This document shows positions 7,907 to 18,781 of a stretch of 64,000 bases of DNA, piece after piece. Source of the stretch: Anaeromyxobacter sp. (GTDB taxonomy: Bacteria; Myxococcota; Myxococcia; Myxococcales; Anaeromyxobacteraceae). Both the position numbers and the translations under genes were made by a program. Positions within the stretch are counted from its first letter, which is position 1; the number at the start of each line of letters is the position of its first letter. Location of the stretch: the NCBI GenBank assembly GCA_049840735.1, contig JASGJN010000022.1, positions 64,001 to 128,000 of the forward strand, read 5' to 3'. A model generated the notes under the pieces. It worked only from the letters and a program-made list of their open reading frames with translations. It was not told where the DNA came from and did not search any database.

Positions 7907-9187
7907 TCACTTCGCGGTGGCCTCGGCCTTGCGCGTGACCAGCAGGTGGTACTGGTCGTTGCCGTCGATGTAGCCGTAGCGGATGGGCAGCGCGCGCCGC
8001 GGCTGGCCCGCCCAGAGCTTCACCATCTCGGCGTCGATGGTGGGGCTCACGTCGAGGAAGGCCTTGGTGTAGCTGCCGTAGGTCTCCTGGACGAAGCCGG
8101 CCTTGGAGGCCCAGCGCGGCGGGATGCCGGTCGAGTCGGAGATCATGAAGACCATGTTCGCGAGCAGCACGTCGCGCACGGCGGAGAAGTCGTCGCGCCA
8201 GAGCAGGTAGCTGGCCGCCTTGGTCATGGCCACGAAGCGGCCCTTCTTGCGCAGGTGCTCCAGCGTGCCGGGCGCCTGCTTGAGCGCGCCGTCGGAGAGG
8301 TCGGCGGCGATGTGGCGGTGCACGCGGGCCTTCGAGGGATCCTCGCCCTTCTTCACGAAGGTCAGCTCGGCGTTGGAGAAGGCCGCGGAGAAGTCCGGCG
8401 CGGTCCACTTGCCGCGGAACAGCTTGGCCGACTCCTTCTCGGCGGCGGCGATCTCGGTGGCGGTGAGGTAGTGCAGGGAGCCGTCCGGCTCGACGCGGAA
8501 GTAGCGCAGCCCCACCGGCTCGTAGCCGTGCACCGCCAGCGCCGTCAGGAAGAAGGCCAGCTGGCCGGGGAGCTCGCCGCGCTGCCCCTTCATGAGGTTC
8601 TCGGTCTTGGAGTCGTTGGCCACCAGCAGGCCGTTGGAGGTGGCGCGGATCACCTCCAGGCTCTCCGCCAGCTTCTTCCGGTCCTTCTTGAGCAGCGGCA
8701 GGCGGCGCGGGTCGCCGGCGTGCTCGAGCGAGAGCGTGGTGACGTTCTTCGCGTCCGGGTAGGTGGTCAGCGCGGAGATGAGGTCGCCGCCGCCGGCCGG
8801 GTAGACCACCGCGGTGGGCAGGCCCGCCGGCCGCAGCTTGGCCAGGAAGGCCGACGCCTTGGGCAGGTAGCCGTCGCGGTAGGAAGCCATCGCCTTCGAC
8901 TGCCGGGCGCAGAACGCCTGCACCACCTTGGCGTCGTAGCCGGCGGGCGGCGCGCCCTGGCAGGAGACCAGCGCGAACAGCTCCTTCGCCTCGGCGCTAA
9001 AGTCGGCGGCGGGCTGGGCGGCCGGCGCGAGCGCGTCGTCCGGGATCTCGCAGGGCTTCACCGGCGCACACGGCACCTCCTTGCCGCCGGTGGAGGGCGA
9101 GGCAGGTGCGGCGGGCGCCTCGGCGCGGGCCAGGGATGCGGTCGTGAGCAGCAGGGCCGTGAGGGCGGTGTAGGGACGCGGGAACAT
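7907..9187 (-). CDS. Secreted hypothetical protein
   Basis: Signal peptide, strong GC3 codon bias, VVYPAGGGDL and KAASYLLW motifs. Confidence 0.7.
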   Translation of the reverse strand: MFPRPYTALTALLLTTASLARAEAPAAPASPSTGGKEVPCAPVKPCEIPDDALAPAAQPAADFSAEAKELFALVSCQGAPPAGYDAKVVQAFCARQSKAMASYRDGYLPKASAFLAKLRPAGLPTAVVYPAGGGDLISALTTYPDAKNVTTLSLEHAGDPRRLPLLKKDRKKLAESLEVIRATSNGLLVANDSKTENLMKGQRGELPGQLAFFLTALAVHGYEPVGLRYFRVEPDGSLHYLTATEIAAAEKESAKLFRGKWTAPDFSAAFSNAELTFVKKGEDPSKARVHRHIAADLSDGALKQAPGTLEHLRKKGRFVAMTKAASYLLWRDDFSAVRDVLLANMVFMISDSTGIPPRWASKAGFVQETYGSYTKAFLDVSPTIDAEMVKLWAGQPRRALPIRYGYIDGNDQYHLLVTRKAEATAK

Positions 9188-9212
9188 GGCGCTTCATGTA
9201 CCATGCGCGCCC

Positions 9213-10589
9213 ATGACGGAGCGAACCGACGCGAAGCTCACCCTCTGGCCCGGCGTGGGGCTGGTGGCCGCCAACATGATCGGGGCGGGGGTGTTCCTGT
9301 CGGCCGGCTTCATGGCGCAGTCGCTCGGGCCCGGGACCATCCTGCTGGCCTGGGTGGTGGGCATGGCGCTGGCGCTGTGCGGCGCGCTCGCGTACGCCGA
9401 GCTGGCGCGGCTGGTGCCCCGCTCCGGCGGCGAGTACCGCTACCTCTCCGACCTGCTCCACCCCTCGCTCGGCTTCCTGGCCGGCTGGGCCTCGCTGCTG
9501 GTGGGCTTCTCGGCCCCCATCGCCATCGACGCGCTGGCCGCCGGCGCCTTCGCCCGCACCGTCTTCCCGGCCCTCTCGCCGGCCTGGACCGGCGCGGCGC
9601 TGGTGGTGATCCTGACCGCGCTCCACGCCGCCGGCCTGCGCACCTCGGCCCGCGCGCAGAACGCGCTGGTGGTGGTGAAGGCGCTCTTGCTGGTGGGGTT
9701 CGTGGCGGTGGGGCTGGTGCAAGGCAGCCACGCGCTGCCCACCTGGACGCCGCCGTCGGGCGGCGGCCCGGCGGCGCTGCCCTTCGCCAGCAGCCTGTTC
9801 TTCATCGCCTTCGCCTTCAGCGGCTGGAACGCGGTGGCCTACGCGGCGGAGGAGTTCCGCGAGCCGGCGCGCACCGTGCCGCGGGCCATGCTCCTGGGCT
9901 GCCTGCTGGTGGGGGCGCTGTATCTGCTGGTGAACGCCATCTTCGTCTTCAACCTGACCCCGGCCGACGCGACGGTGGTCTTCGGCTACGATCAGCTGGC
10001 CAGCGGCGGCGCGGCCGAGACCTCGCAGGTGACGCTGGCGCACGCGCTGGTGGCGCGGCTGCTGGGGGCCGGCTCGGGCGCGGTCATGTCGCTCTTCACC
10101 GTGGCGGTCTTCGTCTCCGCCATGAGCGCCATGATCTTCGTCGGCCCGCGGGTCTACGCCGCCATGGCGCGCGACGGGTACCTGCCCCGGGTGCTGGCCG
10201 GGCAGGAGGGGAAGCCGCCGTTGGGCGCGGTGCTGCTGCAGGGCGGGCTGGCGCTGCTGATCCTCGGCACCCACCAGCTGCGGGACATCCTGGGCAACGT
10301 GGGTGCGGTGCTCACCTTCTTCGCCGCCCTGACCGTGCTCGGGCTGTTCCGGGCCGCGCTCCGGCCTGGCGACGGCCCCCGGCCCCGCGCCTTGGCCCTG
10401 GCCGCCGCCGCCGTGTACGCCATCTCCGCCGCCGGCCTGATGATCGCCTTCGGCCTGTGGGGCAAGCTGGAGTCGCTGGCCTGGATCGGCGTCACCGTGG
10501 CGGTGGGGCTGGGCGCCTATGGCGTCTCGGTGCTGGCCCGGCGCCGCCAGGCCGCGCCGGCTGCCGGCGCGTCGCGCCAGGCGGCCTGA
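9213..10589 (+). CDS. APC-family amino acid permease
   Basis: NMIGAGVF, YAELA..PRSGGEY, FAFSGW and GPRVYAAMARDG motifs; about 12 TM segments. Confidence 0.92.
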   Translation: MTERTDAKLTLWPGVGLVAANMIGAGVFLSAGFMAQSLGPGTILLAWVVGMALALCGALAYAELARLVPRSGGEYRYLSDLLHPSLGFLAGWASLLVGFSAPIAIDALAAGAFARTVFPALSPAWTGAALVVILTALHAAGLRTSARAQNALVVVKALLLVGFVAVGLVQGSHALPTWTPPSGGGPAALPFASSLFFIAFAFSGWNAVAYAAEEFREPARTVPRAMLLGCLLVGALYLLVNAIFVFNLTPADATVVFGYDQLASGGAAETSQVTLAHALVARLLGAGSGAVMSLFTVAVFVSAMSAMIFVGPRVYAAMARDGYLPRVLAGQEGKPPLGAVLLQGGLALLILGTHQLRDILGNVGAVLTFFAALTVLGLFRAALRPGDGPRPRALALAAAAVYAISAAGLMIAFGLWGKLESLAWIGVTVAVGLGAYGVSVLARRRQAAPAAGASRQAA

Positions 10590-10721
10590 ATCCGAGGCAG
10601 CTGCCGGGAATCCGCGCGGATGGGCCGCCCTCCAAGGGTGGACCCTGGATAGTCGACACCTGCGGTCAGACGTGGTTTTCTGCCGCCGTTTTCGGAAGCC
10701 ACCCTCCCCACGAGGAGCCGC

Positions 10722-12806
10722 ATGGCCGAGCCCGCGCACGCACCCCAGGCATCCAGCACCAAGGACTTCAAGCCGTACATCCCCGCCGAGCGGATCCTGC
10801 CCGAGTTCACGGTCAAGGCCGTGCTCCTGGGCGCGATCTTCGGCATCGTCTTCGGCGCCTCCACCGTCTACCTGGCCCTCAAGGCCGGCCTGACGGTCTC
10901 GGCGTCGATCCCGATCGCGGTGATCGCCATCTCGCTGGGCCAGAAGGTCTTCAAGACCACCATCCTCGAGAACAACATCATCCAGACCACCGGCTCGGCC
11001 GGCGAGTCGATCGCGGCGGGCGTGGTCTTCACGCTGCCCGGCTTCCTCTTCCTCTCCACCGATCCGACCACCGGCAGCTCCATCGGTGCCGGCTACTTCA
11101 ACTACATCACGCTCTTCACCCTGGCGATCGTGGGCGGCATCCTGGGCGTCCTCATGATGGTGCCGCTGCGGCGGTCGCTCATCGTGAAGGAGCACGGGCA
11201 GCTGGTCTACCCGGAGGGCGCGGCCTGCGCCTCGGTGCTCATCGCCGGTGACAAGGGCGGCAGCTTCGCCAAGACCGCCTTCCTGGGCGTCGGCTTCGCG
11301 ATGACCTACGCGCTGCTGCAGAAGGTCCTGCACGTCATCGCCGAGACCCCGGCCTTCGTCACGGCCAAGGTCAACAAGTGGCTGCCCAACGCCACCGTCA
11401 ACGGCGAGATCACCCCCGAGTACATGGGCGTGGGCTACATCATCGGCCCGCGCATCGCCGGCGTGCTGGTGGCCGGCGGCGTGCTCGCCTGGCTGGGGCT
11501 CATCCCGCTCCTCTCGGTGCTGGTGCCGGTGGACGTGATCCAGGCACAGCTGGCCAAGGTCGGCTCCAACCCCACCGGCTTCGGCTGGGACGAGGCCACC
11601 CGCACCTACGCCGACATGCCCAACGCCGTCTACCGCGCCTACATCCGCCAGATCGGCGCCGGCGCCGTGGCGGCGGGCGGCTTCATCACGCTGCTCAAGA
11701 CCCTGCCGACCATCTACACCTCCCTGCGCGACTCCATCCGCTCGCTCTCCGACAAGGCGGGCGGCGGCAGCGTGGCCCGCACCGAGCGCGACCTGTCCTT
11801 CGTGACGGTGATCGTCGGCTCGCTCCTGCTGGTGCTGCTGCTGGTGTTCCTGCCGCAGATCCCGGGGGACTCCGTCCTGCAGAAGCTGCTCGTCGGGCTC
11901 CTCATCATCGTCTTCGGCTTCATCTTCGTGACGGTCTCGTCGCGCATCGTCGGCCTCATCGGGTCGTCGTCCAACCCCATCTCCGGCATGACCATCGCCA
12001 CGCTGATGGCCACCGCCATGGTCTTCGTCTCGGTGGGCTGGACCGGCTCCGCCTACGAGCCGCTGGCCCTGGTGGTGGGCGGCATGGTCTGCATCGCCGC
12101 CGCCAACGCCGGCGCGACCAGCCAGGACCTCAAGACCGGGTACCTGGTGGGCGCCACGCCGCGGGCCCAGCAGATCGCCCTCTTCGTCGGCGCCATCGCC
12201 TCGGCCATCGTGATCGGCATCACGCTCAAGATCCTCGACACCCCCACCCCGGCGATGGCCGCCCAGGGGATCCAGCACGCCATCGGCTCGCCGGCGTTCC
12301 CGGCGCCGCAGGGAACGCTGATGGCCACGCTCATCAAGGGGCTGCTCTCGCTCAACCTCGACTGGCACTTCGTGCTGGTGGGCGTCTTCTTCGCCGTCAC
12401 CATGGAGCTGTGCGGGGTGAAGTCGCTCTCCTTCGCGGTCGGCCTCTACCTGCCCCTCTCCACCACGCTGCCGATCTTCGCCGGCGGCGCGCTCAAGGGG
12501 ATCGTGGACACGGTGAGCCGCAGGAAGGGTGAGGTGGCCGAGGACGCGGAGCTGGGCGGCGGGGCCCTGTTCGCCACCGGCCTGGTCGCCGGCGGGGCGC
12601 TCTTCGGCGTGGTCGCGGCCTTCCTCAACCTCTTCGCGCCGAAGTTCATGGACGCGGTGAACCTCGAGCACGGGCTCAGCGCCGCGCTGGGCAGCGGCGG
12701 CTACCAGCTCCTGGGCGTGGCCTTCTTCGCCGCCCTGGGCTTCGCGCTCTACAAGGTGGCGCGCCGGCCGTCGCCGGTGGCGCCCACCGCGCCGCCCGCG
12801 GCGTAG
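10722..12806 (+). CDS. OPT-family oligopeptide transporter
   Basis: [42 protein letters not shown] and APQGTLMA motifs. Confidence 0.93.
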   Translation: MAEPAHAPQASSTKDFKPYIPAERILPEFTVKAVLLGAIFGIVFGASTVYLALKAGLTVSASIPIAVIAISLGQKVFKTTILENNIIQTTGSAGESIAAGVVFTLPGFLFLSTDPTTGSSIGAGYFNYITLFTLAIVGGILGVLMMVPLRRSLIVKEHGQLVYPEGAACASVLIAGDKGGSFAKTAFLGVGFAMTYALLQKVLHVIAETPAFVTAKVNKWLPNATVNGEITPEYMGVGYIIGPRIAGVLVAGGVLAWLGLIPLLSVLVPVDVIQAQLAKVGSNPTGFGWDEATRTYADMPNAVYRAYIRQIGAGAVAAGGFITLLKTLPTIYTSLRDSIRSLSDKAGGGSVARTERDLSFVTVIVGSLLLVLLLVFLPQIPGDSVLQKLLVGLLIIVFGFIFVTVSSRIVGLIGSSSNPISGMTIATLMATAMVFVSVGWTGSAYEPLALVVGGMVCIAAANAGATSQDLKTGYLVGATPRAQQIALFVGAIASAIVIGITLKILDTPTPAMAAQGIQHAIGSPAFPAPQGTLMATLIKGLLSLNLDWHFVLVGVFFAVTMELCGVKSLSFAVGLYLPLSTTLPIFAGGALKGIVDTVSRRKGEVAEDAELGGGALFATGLVAGGALFGVVAAFLNLFAPKFMDAVNLEHGLSAALGSGGYQLLGVAFFAALGFALYKVARRPSPVAPTAPPAA

Positions 12807-12828
12807 CCGGGACGATCGCGACCTCACG

Positions 12829-12857
12829 CCGCCCGCCGGGTCCGTCCCGGCGGGCGG
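12829..12857. terminator. GC hairpin between convergent genes
   Basis: CCGCCCGCCGGG-5nt-CCCGGCGGGCGG. Confidence 0.5.
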
Positions 12858-12885
12858 TCGTGTATCGGTTCAAAGGTGCCGCGCC

Positions 12886-12935
12886 GGCCTTCGACTCCGC
12901 CCCGCCTGCGGCGGGGCTACGCTCAGGCTGACCGG
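12886..12935 (-). repeat. REP-like element
   Basis: CCTTCGACTCCG-hairpin-CTACGCTCAGG. Confidence 0.85.
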
Positions 12936-12967
12936 AACCGAACAAGCCTCGTGCTTCGACGAGCCCG

Positions 12968-15665
12968 CTAGATCTCCTTCAGCGAGGCGATCTCCGCCGC
13001 CAGGTCCTTGTTCTTCTGGTGGTAGCGGGCGACCTCGCCGTTCAGGAAGTCGTTCTCGCCCTTGAGGTCCTCGACCTCCTCGGCCAGCTTGGCGAGCGCG
13101 GTCTTGAGCTGCGCCACCGCGGCCGGATCCGGCGCGGCGGGGCGGGGGGCGGCCGCGGCCTGCTCCAGCTCCTGGACGCGCTTGCGGGCGACCATCTCGG
13201 CGCGGGCGCGGGCCTCGAGGTGCTTCTCGAGGTCCACCAGCGCGGCCTTCAGGCGGCCCAGCTCGGCCTCGTGCCGGGCCTCGGCCTGGGCCATCTCGTC
13301 GGCCAGCTGCCGGGCCGCGGCCTCGCCGGTGGCGGCCTGCTGGCCGACCTGGGCGCGCGCGCGCTCCACCTCGGCGCGCACCCGCTCCAGCTCGGCGGCG
13401 CGCTGCGTGCGCTCCGCCTCCTGCTCGGCCACGCGGCGGCGCGCCGCCTCCAGCTCGCCCTGCTGCCGCGAGAGCTGGGCCTGCAGCTTGCCGGCCTCGA
13501 CCGCCAGCCGCTCCTCCTGCTTGGCCCGCTCCGCCGCCGCGGCCTGCGCGGCGCGGGAGGCGGCCTCGGCGGCCTGCGTCCGCTGCTGCACCATCTCGCG
13601 CAGCGACGCGACCTCCTTGCGCAGCCGCGGGACCTCCTCGGCCACCGGCTCCAGCGGCGCCAGCCGCTGCACCTCGGCCTCCAGCCGCTTGGCCCGGTCG
13701 CGCTCGGCCTCTCCCTCGCGCCGCGCCGCCGTGATCTCCTGCGCCAGCTGGTCCCGCTGGGCGGCGGCCTGGGCCGCCTTGCGCTCGGTCTCGGCGCGGG
13801 CCGCCTCCAGCCGGCCCAGCTCGCCGCGCGCGCCCTCGGCCGACGCCCGCCCCTCGTCCAGCGCCGCGTTCAGGTCGCCGATGCGCAGCTCGGCCGCGGT
13901 CAGCTCGGCGGTGCGCGCCTGCCAGGCGTGCTCGGCCGCGACCGCCTTCTCCTCGTAGGCGCGCGTCTCGGCGCGGGAGGTCTTGAGCATCTCCTCCAGC
14001 TGCTTGCGCACGTCGCCGGCGCGGGCCAGCTCGGTCTCGAGCTGCCCGAATCCGCCCCTGCGCGTCGGCCAGCTCCCCGGCCGCCACCTGCGAGCGGCCG
14101 TCGGCCTCCTCCACCCGCGCCCGGAGCGCCTCCGCCTCGGCCTGGGCCTCGCGCCGCGTCTCGGCCAGCGCACCCTCCAGCCGCGCCACCTCGTGCGCGC
14201 TGGCCTCCAGCGCGTCGTGGGTGCGGGCCAGCTCGGCCTCGACCGTGGCCTTCTCCTCGGCCAGCGCCTGCTGCCGGCTGGCGGCGGCCTGCGCCTCGGC
14301 CTGGGCCTGCGCCTGGTCGGCGGCGCGCGCCGCCTCCAGCGCCGCCACCGCCTCGCGGTGGTGCGCGTCGGCCTCGGCGCGCGACTGGTCCAGCTGCGCG
14401 ATCTCCTCGGCCCGCTCGGCCTGCAGCATGGCCACGGCGCGGGCGTGGCTCTCGCGCGCCTCGGCCAGCTCCGCCTCGAGGCGGGCCCGGGTGTCCTCCG
14501 CCTCGGCGATGCGGGCGGCGCTGGCCTGCGCGGCCGCCTCCGCCTGCTGCATGGTGTCGTCCAGCACCTCGGAGAGCGAGCGGCGGGTGGCCTCGCTCTG
14601 GTCGAGGCTGACCTGCAGGTCCTGGATGCGGCCGGCCTGGGCGGCGGCGTCCTGCCCGGCCTCCTGCAGCCGGTGCTCCAGCCCGGCGGTGCGAGAGCGC
14701 TCCGCGTCGAGCGACTCCTGCAGCAGGTCGCGCTCGGCGCCCAGCTCGGCGGCCTGGGCCTTCAGCTCGGTGAGCGCGTCCCGCATCCTGGCCAGGAACG
14801 CGTCGCGGGCGCGGAGCCGGTCGCGGAAGTACTCCAGCTTCTCGTCCGGCGTGCCCTTGGGCGGGGCCGGATCGCGCGGCCACTCGGAGAGGACGTCGGT
14901 GGGGTCGCTGCGCCCGACCTTCACCTTGCCCAGCGTGGCGCCCCTGACCTCGGCGGCGGGCGGGGGCGGCATGCGCGGCGGGACCGGCGGCGGCGCGATG
15001 GGCGGGGCGCCCGCAGCGGCCGCGGGGGCCTGCTGCTGCGCCGGCGGCGCCGGGGGCGGCGGCGGCGCGGTGGGCGCCTTGCCCTCGGGCGGGCGCGGCG
15101 GCTGCGGCGGCCGGGCCGGCTTCTGCTGCTGCGGCGCGCTCGCGGCGGCCATGGCGGCGGCCAGGCCGCGCGCGGCCACGGCGCCGGAGTCGACGCGCTG
15201 CAGGACCGGCGGCGCCTCGGGCTGCTCGGGCGCGGGCCGCTTGCCGTCGAGGCGCGGCGCGGCCGGCGGCATGGGCGGCGGCGGCGGGGCGGGCGCGTCG
15301 GCGTTGAGCAGCGCGGCGGCGCGGCCCAGCAGGTCGGCCAGCTCGAAGGGCTTGCGCAGGTAGTCGTCGGCGCGCGTGCGCGTGGCGCGGTGCGCCTCGA
15401 TGGCGGCCTCGGTGGCCTCGCCGGTGTAGAGCAGCAGCGGGACGCTGGAGAGCGCGCGCTTGAGCCGGTTGCAGACCGAGAACCCGCTCATGTCGGGCAG
15501 CTCGGCCGCGAGCAGGATCAGGTCGGGGGGCTCCTGGCGGCAGCGCTCGACGGCGGGCTCACCGGCGTTGACGGCCGTGACGCTGAAGCCCACCGGGCCG
15601 AAGGCGCGGCGGATCTCGTCAGCGAGGCCGGGATCCGGCTCGACGAGGAGGACGCGGAAGGACAT
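12968..15665 (-). CDS. aglZ: Atypical receiver + Pro-rich linker + long coiled coil (AglZ-like gliding motility protein), apparent frameshift at ~14049
   Basis: N-terminal REC-like domain lacking the phospho-Asp (LILLAAELPD), GTPDEKL motif, then a heptad coil that continues into ORF 12968..14173. Confidence 0.65.
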
Positions 15666-15816
15666 GTCGATCCGCATGCTACGCCGATCGGCCCGGGCCG
15701 CGAAGAAGGCGGCGGATGTCGTACACCGGCGGCGTGGGCGCACGCACCGTATGCGGCAGCGGCCGATACCGGACCGTCGGGCTCGGGACCGTTCCATCCT
15801 GGGCCGGCAGCTTCTC

Positions 15817-15849
15817 CCCGAGGCCTGGAGCCTGAGGCCCGAGGCCTCC
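15817..15849. repeat. Short heptamer tandem repeat (CCTGAGG-like)
   Basis: cccgagg cctggag cctgagg cccgagg; related tracts at 29693..29763 and 37285..37305. Confidence 0.6.
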
Positions 15850-15931
15850 ATTGGTCCATTTCGCCGCGCCCTGCTGGCCACCGGCTGCGGGACCGGGTAG
15901 GTACGCTCCCGCGAGGCGAGAGGAGAGACCC

Positions 15932-16787
15932 GTGCCGACCTGGGCCGTGACGGTGGAGACGACGCGCGAGGCGGCCGAGGACCGCTCGGCGGAGCTGTGG
16001 GAGCTGGGCGCCGCCGGCGTGGAGGTGCGCGACGGCGAGGGCATCCCGATGCCCGGGCGCGCCCCGCCGCCCGGCGCGGCCGTGCTGGTGGGCTGGTTCG
16101 CGGCGCGCGACGAGGCCGAGGAGGCCGCCGCCGAGCTGGGCGGGCAGCTGGAGGAGATCCAGGACGAGGACTGGGGCGAGCGCTGGAAGCAGGGGCTCGG
16201 CCCCCTGCTCATCGGCCGGGCCTTCGTGCGGCCGTCCTGGGTGGAGGCCGAGGTGCCGGCCGGCGCGGCCGAGGTGGTGCTGGACCCCGGCATGGCCTTC
16301 GGCACCGGGACCCACCCCACCACCTCGCTCTGCCTGGGCGCGCTCTCCGAGCTGCTCGCGGCCCGCCCCGGCGCCTCGGTGCTGGACGTGGGCACCGGCT
16401 CCGGGCTGCTGGCCATCGCGGCGCGCAAGCTGGGCGCAGGGCGGGTGGCCGGTAACGACAACGACCCCCATCGCGGTCGAGGTGGCGCGCGAGAACGCGG
16501 CCCGCAACGGCGTGCCGGAGGTGGCGCTGACGGTGGAGGGGCTCCCCGCCATCGCCGGGCCCTTCCAGCTGGTGGTGGCCAACATCCTGGCCAACACGCT
16601 GGTGGAGCTGGCGCCGGCCATCGCGGCGCAGGTCGCGCCGGGCGGCGTGGTGCTGCTCTCCGGCATCCTCACGCCGCAGGAGGACGAGGTGCGCGGCGCC
16701 TACCTGGCGGCCGGCCTGCGGCCGCTGCCGGGCGGCGATCGCCGCCAGGGCGAGTGGAGCCTGCTGGCGCTGGAGCGGGCCCGGTGA
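15932..16787 (+). CDS. prmA: Ribosomal protein L11 methyltransferase, apparent frameshift at ~16466
   Basis: LDPGMAFGTGTHPTT and LDVGTGSG, with VVANILA..LSGIL in the next frame; upstream of rsmE. Confidence 0.92.
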
Positions 16788-17524
16788 GCCTGCGCCGGGT
16801 CCACCTGCCGCCGGAGCGGATCGGGGCGGAGGCGGCCGCGCTCACGCCCGAGGCCCGCCACTACCTGCGCGACGTGCTGCGGCTCGCGCCGGGCGCGGCG
16901 GTGGAGCTGTTCGACGGGGCGGGGGGCGCCTGGCGCGCCACCATCGACGCCGCCTTCGAGCAGCTGACGCTGGGGGCGCGGCGCGAGGCGCGCCCTGCGC
17001 TGCGGCTCACGCTGCTGGTGGCGCTGGCCAAGGGGGAGAAGCTGGAGCTGGTGGTGCAGAAGGCCACCGAGCTGGGCGCCACCGACCTCTTTCCGTTCGC
17101 GGCGGAGCGGTCGGTGGTGAAGCTGGACGGCGAGAAGGGCGAGGCGCGCGCCGAGCGCTGGCGGCGCATCGCCGAGGAGGCGGCGCGGCAGTGCGGGCGG
17201 GCCGACGTGCCGCGGGTGGCCGCGCCCGGGCCGCTGGAGGCGGCGCTCCAGGCCCTGCCGCCCGGCTGCGCCGCGTTCGTCTTCCACCCCGGCGGCCAGC
17301 CGCTGCCGCCGCTCTCGGAGGAGGGCGGGCCGGGGCTGGTGCTGACGCCCGGCGGCGTGGCGGCGGTGGTGGGGCCGGAGGGCGGCCTGACCGATCGCGA
17401 GGTGGAGGCGTGCGAGCGGACGGGCGCCCGGCGCGCGACGCTGGGCCCGCGCATCCTGAGGGCGGAAACGGCCGCGCTGGTGGCCGCCGCGCTGCTCCAG
17501 TCGCGGTACGGCGATCTAGGCTGA
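16784..17524 (+). CDS. rsmE: 16S rRNA m3U1498 methyltransferase
   Basis: HYLRDVLRL, VQKATELG, EAARQCGR, VGPEGG and LGPRILRAETA motifs; GTGA overlap with prmA. Confidence 0.93.
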   Translation: MSLRRVHLPPERIGAEAAALTPEARHYLRDVLRLAPGAAVELFDGAGGAWRATIDAAFEQLTLGARREARPALRLTLLVALAKGEKLELVVQKATELGATDLFPFAAERSVVKLDGEKGEARAERWRRIAEEAARQCGRADVPRVAAPGPLEAALQALPPGCAAFVFHPGGQPLPPLSEEGGPGLVLTPGGVAAVVGPEGGLTDREVEACERTGARRATLGPRILRAETAALVAAALLQSRYGDLG

Positions 17525-17561
17525 GCGGCGCGGGGAGATTGCGCCGAGCGTGTCTCGCGGG

Positions 17562-17745
17562 GTGGGGGCCCCCGCGCATGCGCGGGGGAGGGGCCGAGCC
17601 CCTCCTCGCTGGGTGCCGCGCAAGGCCCCCATCCTCAATCTCCAAGATTTGGGGCCGCAGCGCGGCGGGACCCAGCGCAGCAGGGGTGGGGCCCCGACGT
17701 CCTTCGGCAGGCTCAGGACGGCGGGGCGGGGGCGCAGCCCCCGCA
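17562..17745. repeat. Cluster of short GC palindromes with a partial REP-like motif
   Basis: CCCCCGCGCATGCGCGGGGG, CCTTCGGCAGGCTCAGG and GCGGGGGCGCAGCCCCCGC in an intergenic gap. Confidence 0.55.
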
Positions 17746-17783
17746 AATTTGACCCAGTGACCACGGGCCTCTAGCCTCGGGCG

Positions 17784-18749
17784 GTGCGCTGTCCACGCTG
17801 CCGCCTGGAGTCCCCCGACACCACGGTGTCCTGCCCGTCCTGCGGGGCGCCGCTGGCGTTCCGCCCGGAGCCACCGGTGCGGCCGCTCGAGGCGAACCTG
17901 TCGCTGGACCGGCGCGCAGGCGTGCGCGGCTCCGCGGCTGCGCCGCCGTCCGGGCCGGAGCTGGACCTGGCGGGTGAGCGGGTGGCCCGCGCGCCGCCGC
18001 CGCGCCCGGGGACGCAGGCGCCGCTGACGCGGCCGGCTGCGCCGGTCGCTCCGAACACCGCTCGCGCCGCGCCTGTCGAAGGGCGAGCGACGCCTGCCGC
18101 GCCCACCTCCGCGCCGCGTCCCCCTGCGCTTGCCGCAGCCGCGCCCGCGCCGCGTCCCTCTCCGCCCATCGTCGCCGCGCCTCCCGCGCCGCGTCCGCCT
18201 CCGCCTGCGCCGCTGCTGGAGGAGCCGCCGCTCGAGGAGCCGGCTTCGCTCGAGGACGACACCATCGAGGTGGCGGTGGAGCCGGTGGAGGTCCACCTGC
18301 ACCGCGCGTCCGACTGGCGCCGGGTGCTGGCCTGGGCCATCGACGGGCCGCCCTTCGTCGCGCTCTTCCTGTGGGGTACCCAGGTCGTCCTTCAGCGCCT
18401 GGCGCCCAGCCGCGACCTGGCGGCCTGGGGCTACGTGGAGGCTGCGGCCGCGCACTGGGGCAGCCTGGTCGCCCCCATCCTCGGGGCCGTGGCCGTGCTC
18501 TGGCTGGTGTACGCCACCCTGTGCCACGCGCTGGCCGGGGCCACCCTGGGCAAGGGGTTGCTCCGGGTGCGGGTGGTAGGTCCGGGTGGGCGCCGGCCCA
18601 GCCTGGGCCGCTCCGCCTTCCGCTCGGCCCTGGCGCTGATGTCGGTGGCGCTGCTCGGGCTCGGGGTGCTCCTGGCCCTCTTCACCCGGAGCGGCCGCGG
18701 GCTGCACGATCTCATCGCCCGGACCTGGGTGGTCGAGGCGTCGCCTTGA
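17784..18749 (+). CDS. Zinc-ribbon + Pro-rich linker + RDD domain membrane protein
   Basis: CxxC..CxxCG N-terminus; WRRVLAWAID, GATLGK and LHDLIARTWVV motifs. Confidence 0.85.
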   Translation: MRCPRCRLESPDTTVSCPSCGAPLAFRPEPPVRPLEANLSLDRRAGVRGSAAAPPSGPELDLAGERVARAPPPRPGTQAPLTRPAAPVAPNTARAAPVEGRATPAAPTSAPRPPALAAAAPAPRPSPPIVAAPPAPRPPPPAPLLEEPPLEEPASLEDDTIEVAVEPVEVHLHRASDWRRVLAWAIDGPPFVALFLWGTQVVLQRLAPSRDLAAWGYVEAAAAHWGSLVAPILGAVAVLWLVYATLCHALAGATLGKGLLRVRVVGPGGRRPSLGRSAFRSALALMSVALLGLGVLLALFTRSGRGLHDLIARTWVVEASP

Positions 18750-18781
18750 CCCCTCCCGGACGCGGCCCTACAACCGCAGCC

